Positions 27,592 to 36,699 are shown, counted from the stretch's first letter. The stretch: DNA of 64,000 nucleotides from a virus (IMGVR_UViG_3300048861_000178:128001-192000); one strand, 5' to 3'. The notes: a model not told the origin generated them from the sequence alone. Numbers and translations are program-made.

Positions 27592-28055
27592 GCATGTCCG
27601 CATTCAAGGAAAACACCCGTTACGTCGCCGTCGATGCAGAAGCCTTGCGTACCCTCTTGCGGGCCTTGAACGGTCCGGAGCACTACATCCGGGAATTGCA
27701 AGCGACACGAGACATTGATCGCTTGCCGGGACAAGAGCGCAACCCGATCAATGTCCTGCAGGAGCAGTTCGAGATCCAGATGAAACATCCGGTGCGCTCG
27801 CATGTGGAACTGGAAACGACACGGGGTGCCAAGCGGGTGTTGTTCAAGGACTTTTACGGTCGGGACAGCAGCCTGCAAGATAGTCGTGTGTCGGGCACGC
27901 ACGCGGTCTGGCTCGGGATTGATCCGGAGCAACTCAAGCGCGACATGGCGGCACATCCGAATACCGAACCGCGTTCGCGCATGCAGCTGACAGAAGAAGA
28001 GGTCTCGAATCTGCTACCTTACCTGCTACGGTTCTTGGCTCAAGGAGAGCTCTGA
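27588..28055 (+). CDS. hypothetical phage protein
   Basis: FKDFYG..SLQDS..VWLG..RMQLT..LLPYL. Confidence 0.75.
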   Translation: MSMSAFKENTRYVAVDAEALRTLLRALNGPEHYIRELQATRDIDRLPGQERNPINVLQEQFEIQMKHPVRSHVELETTRGAKRVLFKDFYGRDSSLQDSRVSGTHAVWLGIDPEQLKRDMAAHPNTEPRSRMQLTEEEVSNLLPYLLRFLAQGEL

Positions 28056-28450
28056 TGTTTATCGATAGCGCTCAGAATACCTTGAAGATGGCTGAGGATG
28101 AGCATCAGGTCTTTATCGTCAATGCCCGCTGGCAACAGTCATTGGAGCTCCTGAACCACCGCTACATGGTGGTGCCCGATGAAGCGTACGCGGAAGTCGC
28201 CGAGCTCTGGTCCGAGGAAGCCAAGGTCGATTTGCTGCCAGCACAAGCCGAACAGATCCTCTCACTTTACATCCGTGAGCGAACTGCGCTGGTCCTGGCA
28301 GGCTCGATTGACACGATGATGCGCGCTGAGATGTTGGGCGTGCTCACGCACTTCTTTCTCGGGTGTTCGTGGCCGACGTATGGTGACCACGTCCGGCTCG
28401 ATCGCTTTATCGCCCTTTTACAACATCAAGTTAAACAGGCAGGTTTCTAA
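28055..28450 (+). CDS. hypothetical protein
   Basis: TGATG coupling. Confidence 0.7.
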   Translation: MFIDSAQNTLKMAEDEHQVFIVNARWQQSLELLNHRYMVVPDEAYAEVAELWSEEAKVDLLPAQAEQILSLYIRERTALVLAGSIDTMMRAEMLGVLTHFFLGCSWPTYGDHVRLDRFIALLQHQVKQAGF

Positions 28451-29331
28451 TGGGTAAGATTGCATACCGTCGTGTGGCTCCCAATTGGGAACATCCCCGT
28501 GACGCGAACGGTCGCTTCATCCCGCTGATGGATGGCACCCAGTTAGTGGCGCACCAACAGCACTGGGACGAGTGCCGTAAGCGCTGGGAAGAATCCAACG
28601 AAGTCTACACCCTGATCGGGGTGCGCTCGGATGGTCGAGATTTGTATGGGTGGACCAAACGGGATGGCCATGCGCTGGACATGAGCATGGAGCATTACTA
28701 CGGGGATCGTCCCGTAGCGACGGACTATACGCCTGCCTGGACGATACAGGAAGCCACTGCCTGGCGGGTGTACGAGGAAGTTACCCCTGGCACCCCCATC
28801 TCCGAAATCTATCCCGATCTCGATACGATGGCACGCAAGATTGCTCATCTTTACGGGCACAGCTTCGGGGCGATGAAGGCCAAGATCCTGGCGAGTGTGA
28901 ACGAGGGCAAATGGTACGTGCCGGTGAAGGAGTTCGAGCCAGGTGGTACTCACTACGAAGACGTCAACACGAAAAAGGAGGCAGGTATGTTCGTTTTGCG
29001 CTTGGTATTGGAAAACACGGTTCTTTACTTTGCGAGTCTGGAGTTTGATCCCGACAATCCGCAAAAAGACACGGTGCAGTGGGTCAAGCTCGGTAATCGA
29101 CTCCAGTCGTTCGTGGATGCAGAAAGTGCGAAGCGCACCCTCGATCAGATTCTCGGCGGTGTATTTCACTACGTCGAAGTCGATGACAGTGAGGCGAAGA
29201 TTGCGGGTGCCCAGTACGTGCCACCGGCAGTCAAGATCGGCTCGCACTGGCAGTTCCAGATCATCGATCTCACGGACATGTTGGTCAATCACAGCCACAT
29301 GTGCTTCGACCCGGACTACGACGTAAAGTAA
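28450..29331 (+). CDS. hypothetical two-domain protein
   Basis: TAATG coupling; N-terminus similar to 26273. Confidence 0.75.
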   Translation: MGKIAYRRVAPNWEHPRDANGRFIPLMDGTQLVAHQQHWDECRKRWEESNEVYTLIGVRSDGRDLYGWTKRDGHALDMSMEHYYGDRPVATDYTPAWTIQEATAWRVYEEVTPGTPISEIYPDLDTMARKIAHLYGHSFGAMKAKILASVNEGKWYVPVKEFEPGGTHYEDVNTKKEAGMFVLRLVLENTVLYFASLEFDPDNPQKDTVQWVKLGNRLQSFVDAESAKRTLDQILGGVFHYVEVDDSEAKIAGAQYVPPAVKIGSHWQFQIIDLTDMLVNHSHMCFDPDYDVK

Positions 29332-29456
29332 GTTTTTACCGTGTCTGAGCATGTATTAGAGAGGGTGATGCTTGCACAAGCTTCCTAACCAGAAGCCTGT
29401 GTGAACGTCGTGCGTGTCCTCCACGCCCTCTCTACCCAATTTGGAGACAACTAAGC

Positions 29457-30188
29457 ATGCCCTTGGTATTGCCTAATTTAAACGAATGGGTTCTGCAAGA
29501 AACCAAGAACAAAGATGGTAAAGAGTTCATGCTGATCACCCACTTGAAAGAGTCGGGTAATACTCACGAGCTTCGCCCTTTGGAACAGTTCAAGCAGGAG
29601 ATGGAAGATGGGGAACCTTTCCCCCTCAACTTGATTATCGAGGACGGTGAGATCCGTAAGCGGACCGCCACCGACCCTTTGCCTCACAATGACGCAGAGC
29701 CTGTCAAAGGGCTGGAAGATTATTTCATGGTCACACGGAACGGGGATTTGTATTCCGTGCGCACCAATCGCGTCGTTTCGCAGAACATTCTCGGCAACGG
29801 CTATCTCGGCCACGTCACGAAGATTGGCGGGCGAGAAGGGCAGAATCGTGCGATTAAGACCAGTCGCGCGGTCGCAGAGGCTTTCATTCCTAATCCGGAT
29901 AATAAGCCCGTCGTCAATCACCTCAGTGGGGTGAAGCTCGACAACCGAGAAACAAATCTTGAATGGGCAACCTATCAAGAGAATTCGATTCACGCTGTGG
30001 AAACCGGACTCATTAAGTTTCCGCAGGGTCCCGATATGCATAATGCCAGATTTACGGCAGAACAAGTGCGCGAGATTCGTGAATTGCGTCAGACGAAAGG
30101 TCCTCGTGAACTTGGTCGAATGTTTGATTGCGACCATACCACGATAATGGATCTGTGTAGCGGTAAGACCTACGGCAACGTAACGTAA
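29457..30188 (+). CDS. HNH homing endonuclease (NUMOD4-HNH type)
   Basis: RAVAEAFIPNPDNKPVVNHLSGVKLDNRETNLEWATYQENSIHA; C-terminal HTH. Confidence 0.9.
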   Translation: MPLVLPNLNEWVLQETKNKDGKEFMLITHLKESGNTHELRPLEQFKQEMEDGEPFPLNLIIEDGEIRKRTATDPLPHNDAEPVKGLEDYFMVTRNGDLYSVRTNRVVSQNILGNGYLGHVTKIGGREGQNRAIKTSRAVAEAFIPNPDNKPVVNHLSGVKLDNRETNLEWATYQENSIHAVETGLIKFPQGPDMHNARFTAEQVREIRELRQTKGPRELGRMFDCDHTTIMDLCSGKTYGNVT

Positions 30189-30206
30189 TATATATGCACC
30201 GGTTTT

Positions 30207-30288
30207 GGGGAGGTGCCTGAGTGGTTAAAAGGGCCGGACTGTAAATCCGGTGGCTCTGCCTTCGTGCGTTCAAATCGCACCCTCCCCA
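30207..30288 (+). tRNA. tRNA-Tyr(GTA)
   Basis: ggggagg/cctcccc acceptor, ccgga-ctGTAaa-tccgg, long variable arm, TTCAAAT loop. Confidence 0.92.
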
Positions 30289-30306
30289 CAATCCTGTTTC
30301 ATCTGG

Positions 30307-30382
30307 TCCGAAATAGCTCAGTCGGTAGAGCGGCGCCCTGTTAAGGCGTAGGTCCCTGGTTCGAGCCCAGGTTTCGGAGCCA
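30307..30382 (+). tRNA. tRNA-Asn(GTT)
   Basis: tccgaaa/tttcgga, gcgcc-ctGTTaa-ggcgt, encoded CCA. Confidence 0.95.
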
Positions 30383-30408
30383 AGAATTCTGTTGTACCTG
30401 TTTCAATG

Positions 30409-30541
30409 TCCAGCGTAGCTCAGTTTGGAAGAGCGCCCGTAGTTCCCCCGGTTCGAATCCGGGCTTCCCAGTATTGGGAAGTGGTGGAGATGGTATACAC
30501 AGACGGGAGGTCACACGTTCGATTCGTGTCGCTTGGAACCA
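30409..30541 (+). ncRNA. double-elbow tRNA-like RNA without anticodon
   Basis: tRNA body with CCA whose anticodon loop is replaced by T-arm, capped acceptor and D-arm. Confidence 0.75.
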
Positions 30542-30565
30542 TCCTTTTACCGTTGTACTTCAGTG

Positions 30566-30691
30566 TCCGCAGTAGCTCAGTTGGTAGAGCGCCGTCACCC
30601 GAGTGGGCCCACCTACCGGCCAGGTAGGGTGGACTCTCCCACTCACCAACCAGACGGAGGTCGTTGGTTCGATACCAACCTGACGGAACCA
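30566..30691 (+). ncRNA. tRNA-like RNA with a long hairpin in place of the anticodon loop
   Basis: D arm gctcagttggtagagc, ccgtc/gacgg stem enclosing ~56 nt, T arm gttgg-ttcgata-ccaac, CCA. Confidence 0.75.
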
Positions 30692-30708
30692 GTTTTAGTA
30701 GTAACTGT

Positions 30709-30790
30709 GTCCTGTTCGTCTAGCGGCCTAGGACCTATCTTCACGATGAGTGAAGAGAACAACGGGGGTTCGAATCCCTCACGGGACCCA
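30709..30790 (+). tRNA. atypical tRNA-Glu-like RNA with distorted anticodon arm
   Basis: gtcctgt/acgggac, Glu-type D arm gtctagcggcctaggac, 7-bp tcttcac/gtgaaga stem with 5-nt loop. Confidence 0.6.
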
Positions 30791-30804
30791 AGTTTTGTTG
30801 TACT

Positions 30805-30881
30805 GTAGTCGGGGGTCAGCCGGGACTGACGTCGGTCTAAACCACCGGAGACGCAGGTTCGACACCTGTCCGACTACATCA
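30805..30881 (+). tRNA. atypical tRNA-like RNA (8-9 bp acceptor, loop CTAAACC)
   Basis: gtagtcgg/ccgactac, gtcag/ctgac D stem, tcggt/accgg, gcagg-ttcgaca-cctgt. Confidence 0.6.
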
Positions 30882-30934
30882 CGTATTTAGAGTGAATCGA
30901 CTTGCTGTAGCAAGATTCAGGCGAGTTTCGCCTG

Positions 30935-31314
30935 TGACTCCGTGACTCACGATTAGCGGAGGTACCTACGTGTGGACGAGATCGCGTTTGCGCGCGAAGG
31001 GTGCCACGAATCGTACGACTGGTGACGCAAACACCAGTAAGTTGTTTGTTTCCAGTACCGATACTGCGTCTAGTCTCGCTTCTTCGCGATTCGTTGGTAA
31101 CCGGGGTAACCCGACGTGCCAGCCCGGAGTTGTTACGCCCGTCTTCCTTGTGCGGCCGTTACGGGACTTGTTCGCCTAGTGGCGCCTGCGGTTTTCACCG
31201 CGGCCGCTGCGTCTACGTCGGACTGGGAATGCGCAGCCGGGTGTACTTACTTGCTGGGATGGCCACCCTGTCTGGTAAGTATAGTCGGAAGTGCATTCGA
31301 GTCGCATAGAGTCA
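30935..31314 (+). ncRNA. putative ~380-nt structured ncRNA
   Basis: ends pair (tgactc-cgtgactc with gagtcgc-ata-gagtca); internal stems; no credible ORF. Confidence 0.5.
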
Positions 31315-31368
31315 AAGCTTTTGCTTATCCCTGTCCACAGGACTTTGCAATCGACGCTTCAGGTATCG

Positions 31369-31398
31369 GAGGAGAGCTTCGGCTCTCCTCTTATGCCG
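31369..31398 (+). terminator. hairpin + TTATGCCG element
   Basis: gaggagagc-ttcg-gctctcctc-ttatgccg. Confidence 0.7.
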
Positions 31399-31549
31399 TT
31401 CTTTCGAGCACGGCGAGAAAATGCCGTTGTTTCGAGGGAATGTGATTTTTACGCACTGGGCACTTCGTATGGGTAAGCTACTACCCGCACATGAGAGGGC
31501 GCAAAGCCCCGCATTAGTCGTTACTCTACAATTGTTACAAGGAACTGAA

Positions 31550-31975
31550 ATGGCAAAGAAGATGGACCGTGCGAAGCAGTACATCGACGAGATCTACGAG
31601 AAGTACGAGAACAGCCGAAAGTACGTGCAGATCACGATACACAAATTCCTCTTTCTCAAGCTTGTCGTCGTTCAGGTTGACAAGAGCTACGACGCCAAGC
31701 TCTTTCGCAATGGGGTGGAGGAGTTCACTTACTGGATGGCAGTGGAGCCACGGCGAGCGTTTGTCGCCAAGATGATGAAAGCAGGCATGAAGCAGACGAT
31801 CATCGCCAAGTGCTTCAAGCTCTCCACCGGCACCATTACCAAAGACGTGGCCTGGTTGCGGGATAACCAACCGTGGCTGCTGGAAGGTGTGAAGCTGCGC
31901 CCACGCAGGGGTGAGGAAGTGGTGACGCCGCGGCGCGTGAGCCGGACCAATCAAGCCGGATTGACGTTGCAGTAA
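31550..31975 (+). CDS. HTH DNA-binding protein
   Basis: GMKQTIIAKCFKLSTGTITKDV; AAGGA SD before ATG 31550. Confidence 0.7.
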   Translation: MAKKMDRAKQYIDEIYEKYENSRKYVQITIHKFLFLKLVVVQVDKSYDAKLFRNGVEEFTYWMAVEPRRAFVAKMMKAGMKQTIIAKCFKLSTGTITKDVAWLRDNQPWLLEGVKLRPRRGEEVVTPRRVSRTNQAGLTLQ

Positions 31976-32039
31976 ACGAGCACTGACGGGAGAGGCGCGG
32001 AACCTCTCCCGCTTATGACATCAAACAAGGAGCAATAAA

Positions 32040-32489
32040 ATGCAAGCAGCGATTGACACTGTACTGGCGCGAGTTGAAAAAGAAGAGGATGTCACGGTCG
32101 AGCATCTCGTACCTATCCTCACCTATCTGCGCGATGACGCGATTCTGAATAAGTTTCTCTCGGAACTAGCCACGGAAGACGGCCACCGCCCTACGGTAGA
32201 TGGTTACTGGGATATTACCGATGAGATCGTGGCGAAGTTCCCCGAGTACGATCCGCGCATCCTGAACGCCATTCAAGGTTATATCCAGAATACCTCGATC
32301 TTCGTCACGGCCCTGGTGAAGGATCACGACGAGCGTTTCCAGCTCGAACATGCCGCGATCAAGCGCCTCAAGGACGAGGGCATCGACGTCTTTATTGACT
32401 TCGACGAGTACGATGACGGCAGCGAGTTTTCCGGTGAACTCTACGCCAACGTCACTTACGTGTTCGAGACTTTCGATCTGCAAACCTAA
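32040..32489 (+). CDS. acidic hypothetical protein
   Basis: AAGGAG SD. Confidence 0.75.
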   Translation: MQAAIDTVLARVEKEEDVTVEHLVPILTYLRDDAILNKFLSELATEDGHRPTVDGYWDITDEIVAKFPEYDPRILNAIQGYIQNTSIFVTALVKDHDERFQLEHAAIKRLKDEGIDVFIDFDEYDDGSEFSGELYANVTYVFETFDLQT

Positions 32490-32491
32490 CC

Positions 32492-32881
32492 GTGCGACAG
32501 GGACTGTGTAAAATGGTAAAGAAGAATTTGGAATACCTGTCGAACACCGATAGTCACACGCTGGACGAGATGTATCAGCAGCTGCGCGATTATGGGGCGA
32601 CCGACGAGATGTTCGAGCACCTGTGCGATACGGTGAAAGCTCAACACGATCGTTTCGGCGAACTGAAGATCAGCCAGGGCCTCGGAATCGATCGCACCGC
32701 CACGGTTACCCACAGCGAGACGGGCGAAGACATTGCGTGTGAGCTGATCGTCTTTCACATGGACATCTCCCGCGCCAGTGAGCCTGAGGTCATGGTCAAT
32801 CGCGTCGTGGTGGGCTTCATGCTCAAAGACGGCAAGATCGACCAAATGGTCCAGATGGATAGCGAACAGGTGGCTTCATGA
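32492..32881 (+). CDS. hypothetical protein
   Basis: ORF tiling. Confidence 0.65.
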   Translation: MRQGLCKMVKKNLEYLSNTDSHTLDEMYQQLRDYGATDEMFEHLCDTVKAQHDRFGELKISQGLGIDRTATVTHSETGEDIACELIVFHMDISRASEPEVMVNRVVVGFMLKDGKIDQMVQMDSEQVAS

Positions 32882-32967
32882 AAAAGCGCTCTAGTGGCAA
32901 ACTCTGGCTCTTCGTGGGCTTTCTGATCCTGGTGCTGGTCTGGGGTAACAAGTATCCGCCGCGATAG
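32878..32967 (+). CDS. 29-aa membrane micropeptide MKKRSSGKLWLFVGFLILVLVWGNKYPPR
   Basis: ATGA overlap; similar to 17187-17273. Confidence 0.55.
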   Translation: MKKRSSGKLWLFVGFLILVLVWGNKYPPR

Positions 32968-32975
32968 GGGGCATA

Positions 32976-33395
32976 GTGGAACAAGTAGAAATCGATCGAC
33001 GACTGAAGGTCTTCGATGCGGCCGAAGAAGCCAAGCACAAGCTCGCGATTATTATCAAGGGCAATCCGAAGTATCTGCGCAACTTTCGTGTCAAGCGCCT
33101 GGCTACTTTGTTCTACGCGGAGATCCGTCGTATTCTCGAGGAGAAGGGCTATGCGGTCGAGTTCGATGACGGTAAGCCCTACACCTCCCCCAAGGTGTTC
33201 GCGGCCGTCTGGGTGGCTCATAGTCGCGGCATAGACCGTTTACGCTTCGGTCCTGACCGGATCATGAAAATTGCCCTCCAAACCGAGGACCATGACAAGG
33301 AGTTCGAGTCCAACGACGAGCGTGGTTTGTCGCGCATGCACTACATGCTCTCGGACAAGGATCGTCAAGTCCTGGATGCATTACCCAACGTATAG
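32976..33395 (+). CDS. hypothetical protein
   Basis: ORF tiling. Confidence 0.7.
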   Translation: MEQVEIDRRLKVFDAAEEAKHKLAIIIKGNPKYLRNFRVKRLATLFYAEIRRILEEKGYAVEFDDGKPYTSPKVFAAVWVAHSRGIDRLRFGPDRIMKIALQTEDHDKEFESNDERGLSRMHYMLSDKDRQVLDALPNV

Positions 33396-33416
33396 CGAAT
33401 CTTAAAGGGGAGCACT

Positions 33417-33848
33417 GTGCCCAAATACGTCGTACTATTTGAACATCCGGATCATCCTGAGCGTCGTCGGTTTCTTTCGGCAGAACGTCGTAATTCGACG
33501 GACTGGCTCACGGACTGGATCTATGACGCGGAACGTTTCGATACGCCTGAAGAAGCACGGAAATACGGTTTACAGCTGGCCAGCGTGTCTCTTGATGATC
33601 TCGAGAACCCGCTTTGGTTAGCAAAGTTTCGCATGCTTCACCATCAAACGCTGCCCTTCGGTCAATATGGCAGCTATGTGTTTGCTGCTGCGATCATTCG
33701 CGACTACGAAATGAACGTCTGTGAGATGTACGACCGTGAGCCGCCTGGACCCAATGTCGATCCCGAGTGTCACGAGCCGACTTGGGATGTGGTTCGACCA
33801 GCAGTCACCACTGACTTCATGACTTATCAGGGTGTGTCAACCGTCTAA
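33417..33848 (+). CDS. hypothetical protein
   Basis: GGGGAG SD. Confidence 0.7.
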   Translation: MPKYVVLFEHPDHPERRRFLSAERRNSTDWLTDWIYDAERFDTPEEARKYGLQLASVSLDDLENPLWLAKFRMLHHQTLPFGQYGSYVFAAAIIRDYEMNVCEMYDREPPGPNVDPECHEPTWDVVRPAVTTDFMTYQGVSTV

Positions 33849-33866
33849 CCAGGAGACCGAGCAAGC

Positions 33867-34178
33867 ATGAAAGTAAGTTTCTTCGAACGCCACTATTATG
33901 CGTTTCTGAAATGGTGGGCCAAACTGCTTCCTGGTCCGACGGGTACCAAGACTTACCGGTTTATCGAAACGCTCGTGGAGTTTCGCGAAGCCACCAATCA
34001 AGCCCTCGATAGGAAGTACCCGGACGCGCAAAGCTATAGCGCGGTACTCAATTACGTGGATAAGGGCACGCTCGCGGTGCGGGATTTCAATGGGGAGCTG
34101 GTGCGCTACTATACGCGTCAGCTAAAGGCGGTGCTGGAGCAGTATCCCCTGCCCAACAAGGAGAACAAGCGTGCTTAG
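33867..34178 (+). CDS. hypothetical protein
   Basis: AGGAG SD. Confidence 0.65.
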   Translation: MKVSFFERHYYAFLKWWAKLLPGPTGTKTYRFIETLVEFREATNQALDRKYPDAQSYSAVLNYVDKGTLAVRDFNGELVRYYTRQLKAVLEQYPLPNKENKRA

Positions 34179-34230
34179 TATCTGGAAGCACGCCATGCGC
34201 TCCTAACCTTAACCTAGAATTTTTTGGTCC

Positions 34231-34238
34231 TATATCAC
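34231..34238 (+). promoter_or_regulatory. phiKZ-type early promoter
   Basis: TATATCAC upstream of 34298. Confidence 0.55.
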
Positions 34239-34297
34239 CGCCTCGAGTTAAAGCAGCGGGCTTTGACTCTCCCTCTACTGAAACAAGGAAAACTATC

Positions 34298-35200
34298 ATG
34301 TACTACGAATTGCACAAAGACGTCCGTTCCATTTCTTTCGCCGATTATGACATGCCGAACCTGCCGATCGTCACGATCATGCCGGTGACGATCGATCCGG
34401 AGAAGAAGTTCCACAGTCTGGCTGATGTGCCGCAACACCGTATCGATCTGGTCGACGAAGCGACGGCTGAACGTGTCGCGCTGTGGCTGCGCTTCTCGGA
34501 CTTCACGTTCGATGCCACGAAGCACGACTTCGAAGGCATGTTCCGTCTGTGCGTCCGGTGGGTCGATAAGCTGCTCGAAATGTACAAGAAGAAAGGTCGG
34601 GAATATATCCTGATCGAAGAATCGAACGTAGGTAGTCCGCTGCGCTTCAGTGGTGACCGTAACGATCCGAAGCAAAACGCAGCGCGTGAACTTTGGTCGG
34701 CGATTCTGCGCGCATGCCAGCCGGGCGGTATCAATCAGTTCGGCGGCGAACACGTCGAAGGTGCATCGCTGTACTCGCGCATCGAGAACAACGAGCATTA
34801 CTACGAGCTCACGCTGCATGCGGGCCAGGGCGTGAAGTTCTACTTGACGAAGGCTGGCAAGATGGGCAACTTCTTCATGTCGAACAACGGCTATATGGGT
34901 GTGCCTGACGCCGAGGAAGGTATCGTAGCGCACGGTACGACGTGGATTCATGGTCAGGCGCACGACTTCATGTTCTCGCATCCGCTGCTCGGTCAGCAGC
35001 TGCTCGATCGCGTTTCGAAGAACGCGCTGACACAGCTCTACACAGCGAAGCTCAAGCAGCACCTGCCGTTCCTGTTCCAGAACCGTCAGAACAACGACTT
35101 CGAACTGGACTGGAACGACAACATGAAACCGTCACCGCTGCGCGTCGCGCGTCAGCAGTACCCGATGGCCTACAATCCGGGCAAGGGCGCACGTTGGTAA
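34298..35200 (+). CDS. hypothetical protein
   Basis: AAGGA SD, 300 aa. Confidence 0.8.
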   Translation: MYYELHKDVRSISFADYDMPNLPIVTIMPVTIDPEKKFHSLADVPQHRIDLVDEATAERVALWLRFSDFTFDATKHDFEGMFRLCVRWVDKLLEMYKKKGREYILIEESNVGSPLRFSGDRNDPKQNAARELWSAILRACQPGGINQFGGEHVEGASLYSRIENNEHYYELTLHAGQGVKFYLTKAGKMGNFFMSNNGYMGVPDAEEGIVAHGTTWIHGQAHDFMFSHPLLGQQLLDRVSKNALTQLYTAKLKQHLPFLFQNRQNNDFELDWNDNMKPSPLRVARQQYPMAYNPGKGARW

Positions 35201-35326
35201 GGAGAATCGCAGTGTTTAGTATCTGGAAGAAAGCGAGCAGCAAGTACTGTCAGGTGTGTCAGTGCGTGCGCTGGCATACCGCCGAGGGCGACTGCGTCGT
35301 CTGTATCAATCTGTTTGGAGACGACT

Positions 35327-35545
35327 ATGGTAGCCGAGACTAAAGCTCCGCCGTTGGGATTGCGCCCACGCTTTATCGTCGCTGAGCTGCGTGCGCAAGA
35401 AATCGTCGATGCGATGGAGCGCTATTTCGCTGCCAAGAAAGAGATCCCTCAGGACTGGCATGACGAGCTGGCCGAGCTCAATGAGTGGCTGTCGAACAAC
35501 GGCTACACGACATTCGAGGGTTTCACCTCTGTGAAGGTAGGGTGA
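35327..35545 (+). CDS. hypothetical protein
   Basis: PPLGLRPRFI..R..EI..AMERY..EL motif. Confidence 0.7.
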   Translation: MVAETKAPPLGLRPRFIVAELRAQEIVDAMERYFAAKKEIPQDWHDELAELNEWLSNNGYTTFEGFTSVKVG

Positions 35546-35602
35546 AAAAAAGAAAAGGATTATCTTGTGCAGTATCCTGGTAATCCTTTCCTCGAGGTCA
35601 AC

Positions 35603-35926
35603 ATGACGCAACTCGCCAGCTTGTCTCATCTGGTGTTCTTTGTGGTCTTGGCGGTAGTGGCGCTGCAATTCTCCGACGCCATCGGGCAATATGCGATTCT
35701 CAGTAAGAGCATGGAGTCCGCATCGGAATGGATGCAGAAGGCGGTTGCGAAGTTCGGTCTGGCACCGACCATCATTACGACGAAAGTCGTGATCGTGGCC
35801 GTCGTGCTGGCATTGTACTTCCTGACGTCACTGCCGCTGTGGCTGTGGTTGGCTGCCGCTGTCTATTACCTGTATAAAACTGGTCGTTGGGCGGTAGTCT
35901 GGGCGCTCTTGAAAAAGAACGTCTGA
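35603..35926 (+). CDS. small membrane protein
   Basis: 3 TM; GAGG SD. Confidence 0.7.
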   Translation: MTQLASLSHLVFFVVLAVVALQFSDAIGQYAILSKSMESASEWMQKAVAKFGLAPTIITTKVVIVAVVLALYFLTSLPLWLWLAAAVYYLYKTGRWAVVWALLKKNV

Positions 35927-35953
35927 TGGCAGGGGAGCTTCGGCTCCCCTGTT

Positions 35954-36558
35954 ATGATCTTGAGTAGAAAGGAAATGAACGACAAAGTTAAAACGGTGGT
36001 AGAAAATGGCTACCCCGAAGAACAGACGCCTGTCTGGTGGCGGAAGTACCGACGGCACAAAGACCATGCGAAAGACCGCGGTTTAAGCACGGAACTGTCG
36101 TTTGATCAGTACGTGGGAAAAGGCAAAGAAGCAGGCCTAAAGGGTCCGGAAGAAATCGGCGTAAAGATGGGTCAGCACCACTTGAGTCGACACGGTGATG
36201 TGGGTCCCTATCGAGACAATACGTGCCGTTTCATTACCGGCAGCGAAAATTTGATGGAAGCTCATGCCAACGGACGAGACATGACGTAAGCTTACAGTTT
36301 CGCGAAGGCATTACAAAAGAAACAGATCCTCGCGTAGCTTCCATGGCGGAAAAGAAATCCAAAGACTTTGTACTCTTTGCGCCGGATGGTACTGTCCACG
36401 AAGGACGGAATCTTTATGTATTCTGTCAGGCTAACGATTTAAATACTGGCGCCGTTTCTGGCGTGTGCAGAGGTGTGCGTCCCCAGTACAAAGGTTGGAC
36501 AGGAATGTACGGTACGCTTGAGCCTGATCTCGTTGGATATTTCGACCATGACGGCTAA
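35954..36558 (+). pseudogene. frameshifted HNH-type homing endonuclease
   Basis: HHLSRHGDVGPY..CRFIT..EN in one frame, NUMOD-like C-terminal domain in another; break near 36275. Confidence 0.65.
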
Positions 36559-36699
36559 TCATCGTGTGGGCGCTGCTGAAGAAGAACGCCTAATGGCGGA
36601 CGTGCGGGGGCCTTCGGGTCCCCGTTTATGCTGTCAATCTTTTTTTGACACGATGAGGGCATCTATTGTAGGCGTGCTTTGACACTAGGATAACAAGCA

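Noticed and set aside
30805-30881. Amber suppressor tRNA or stop-codon recoding
   Set aside because: CTA is not centred in the loop as I fold it, and genes tile well with TAA, TAG and TGA all used as stops.
30935-31314. tmRNA
   Set aside because: No alanine-type acceptor (GGGG..TCCACCA) and no T arm at the 3' end.
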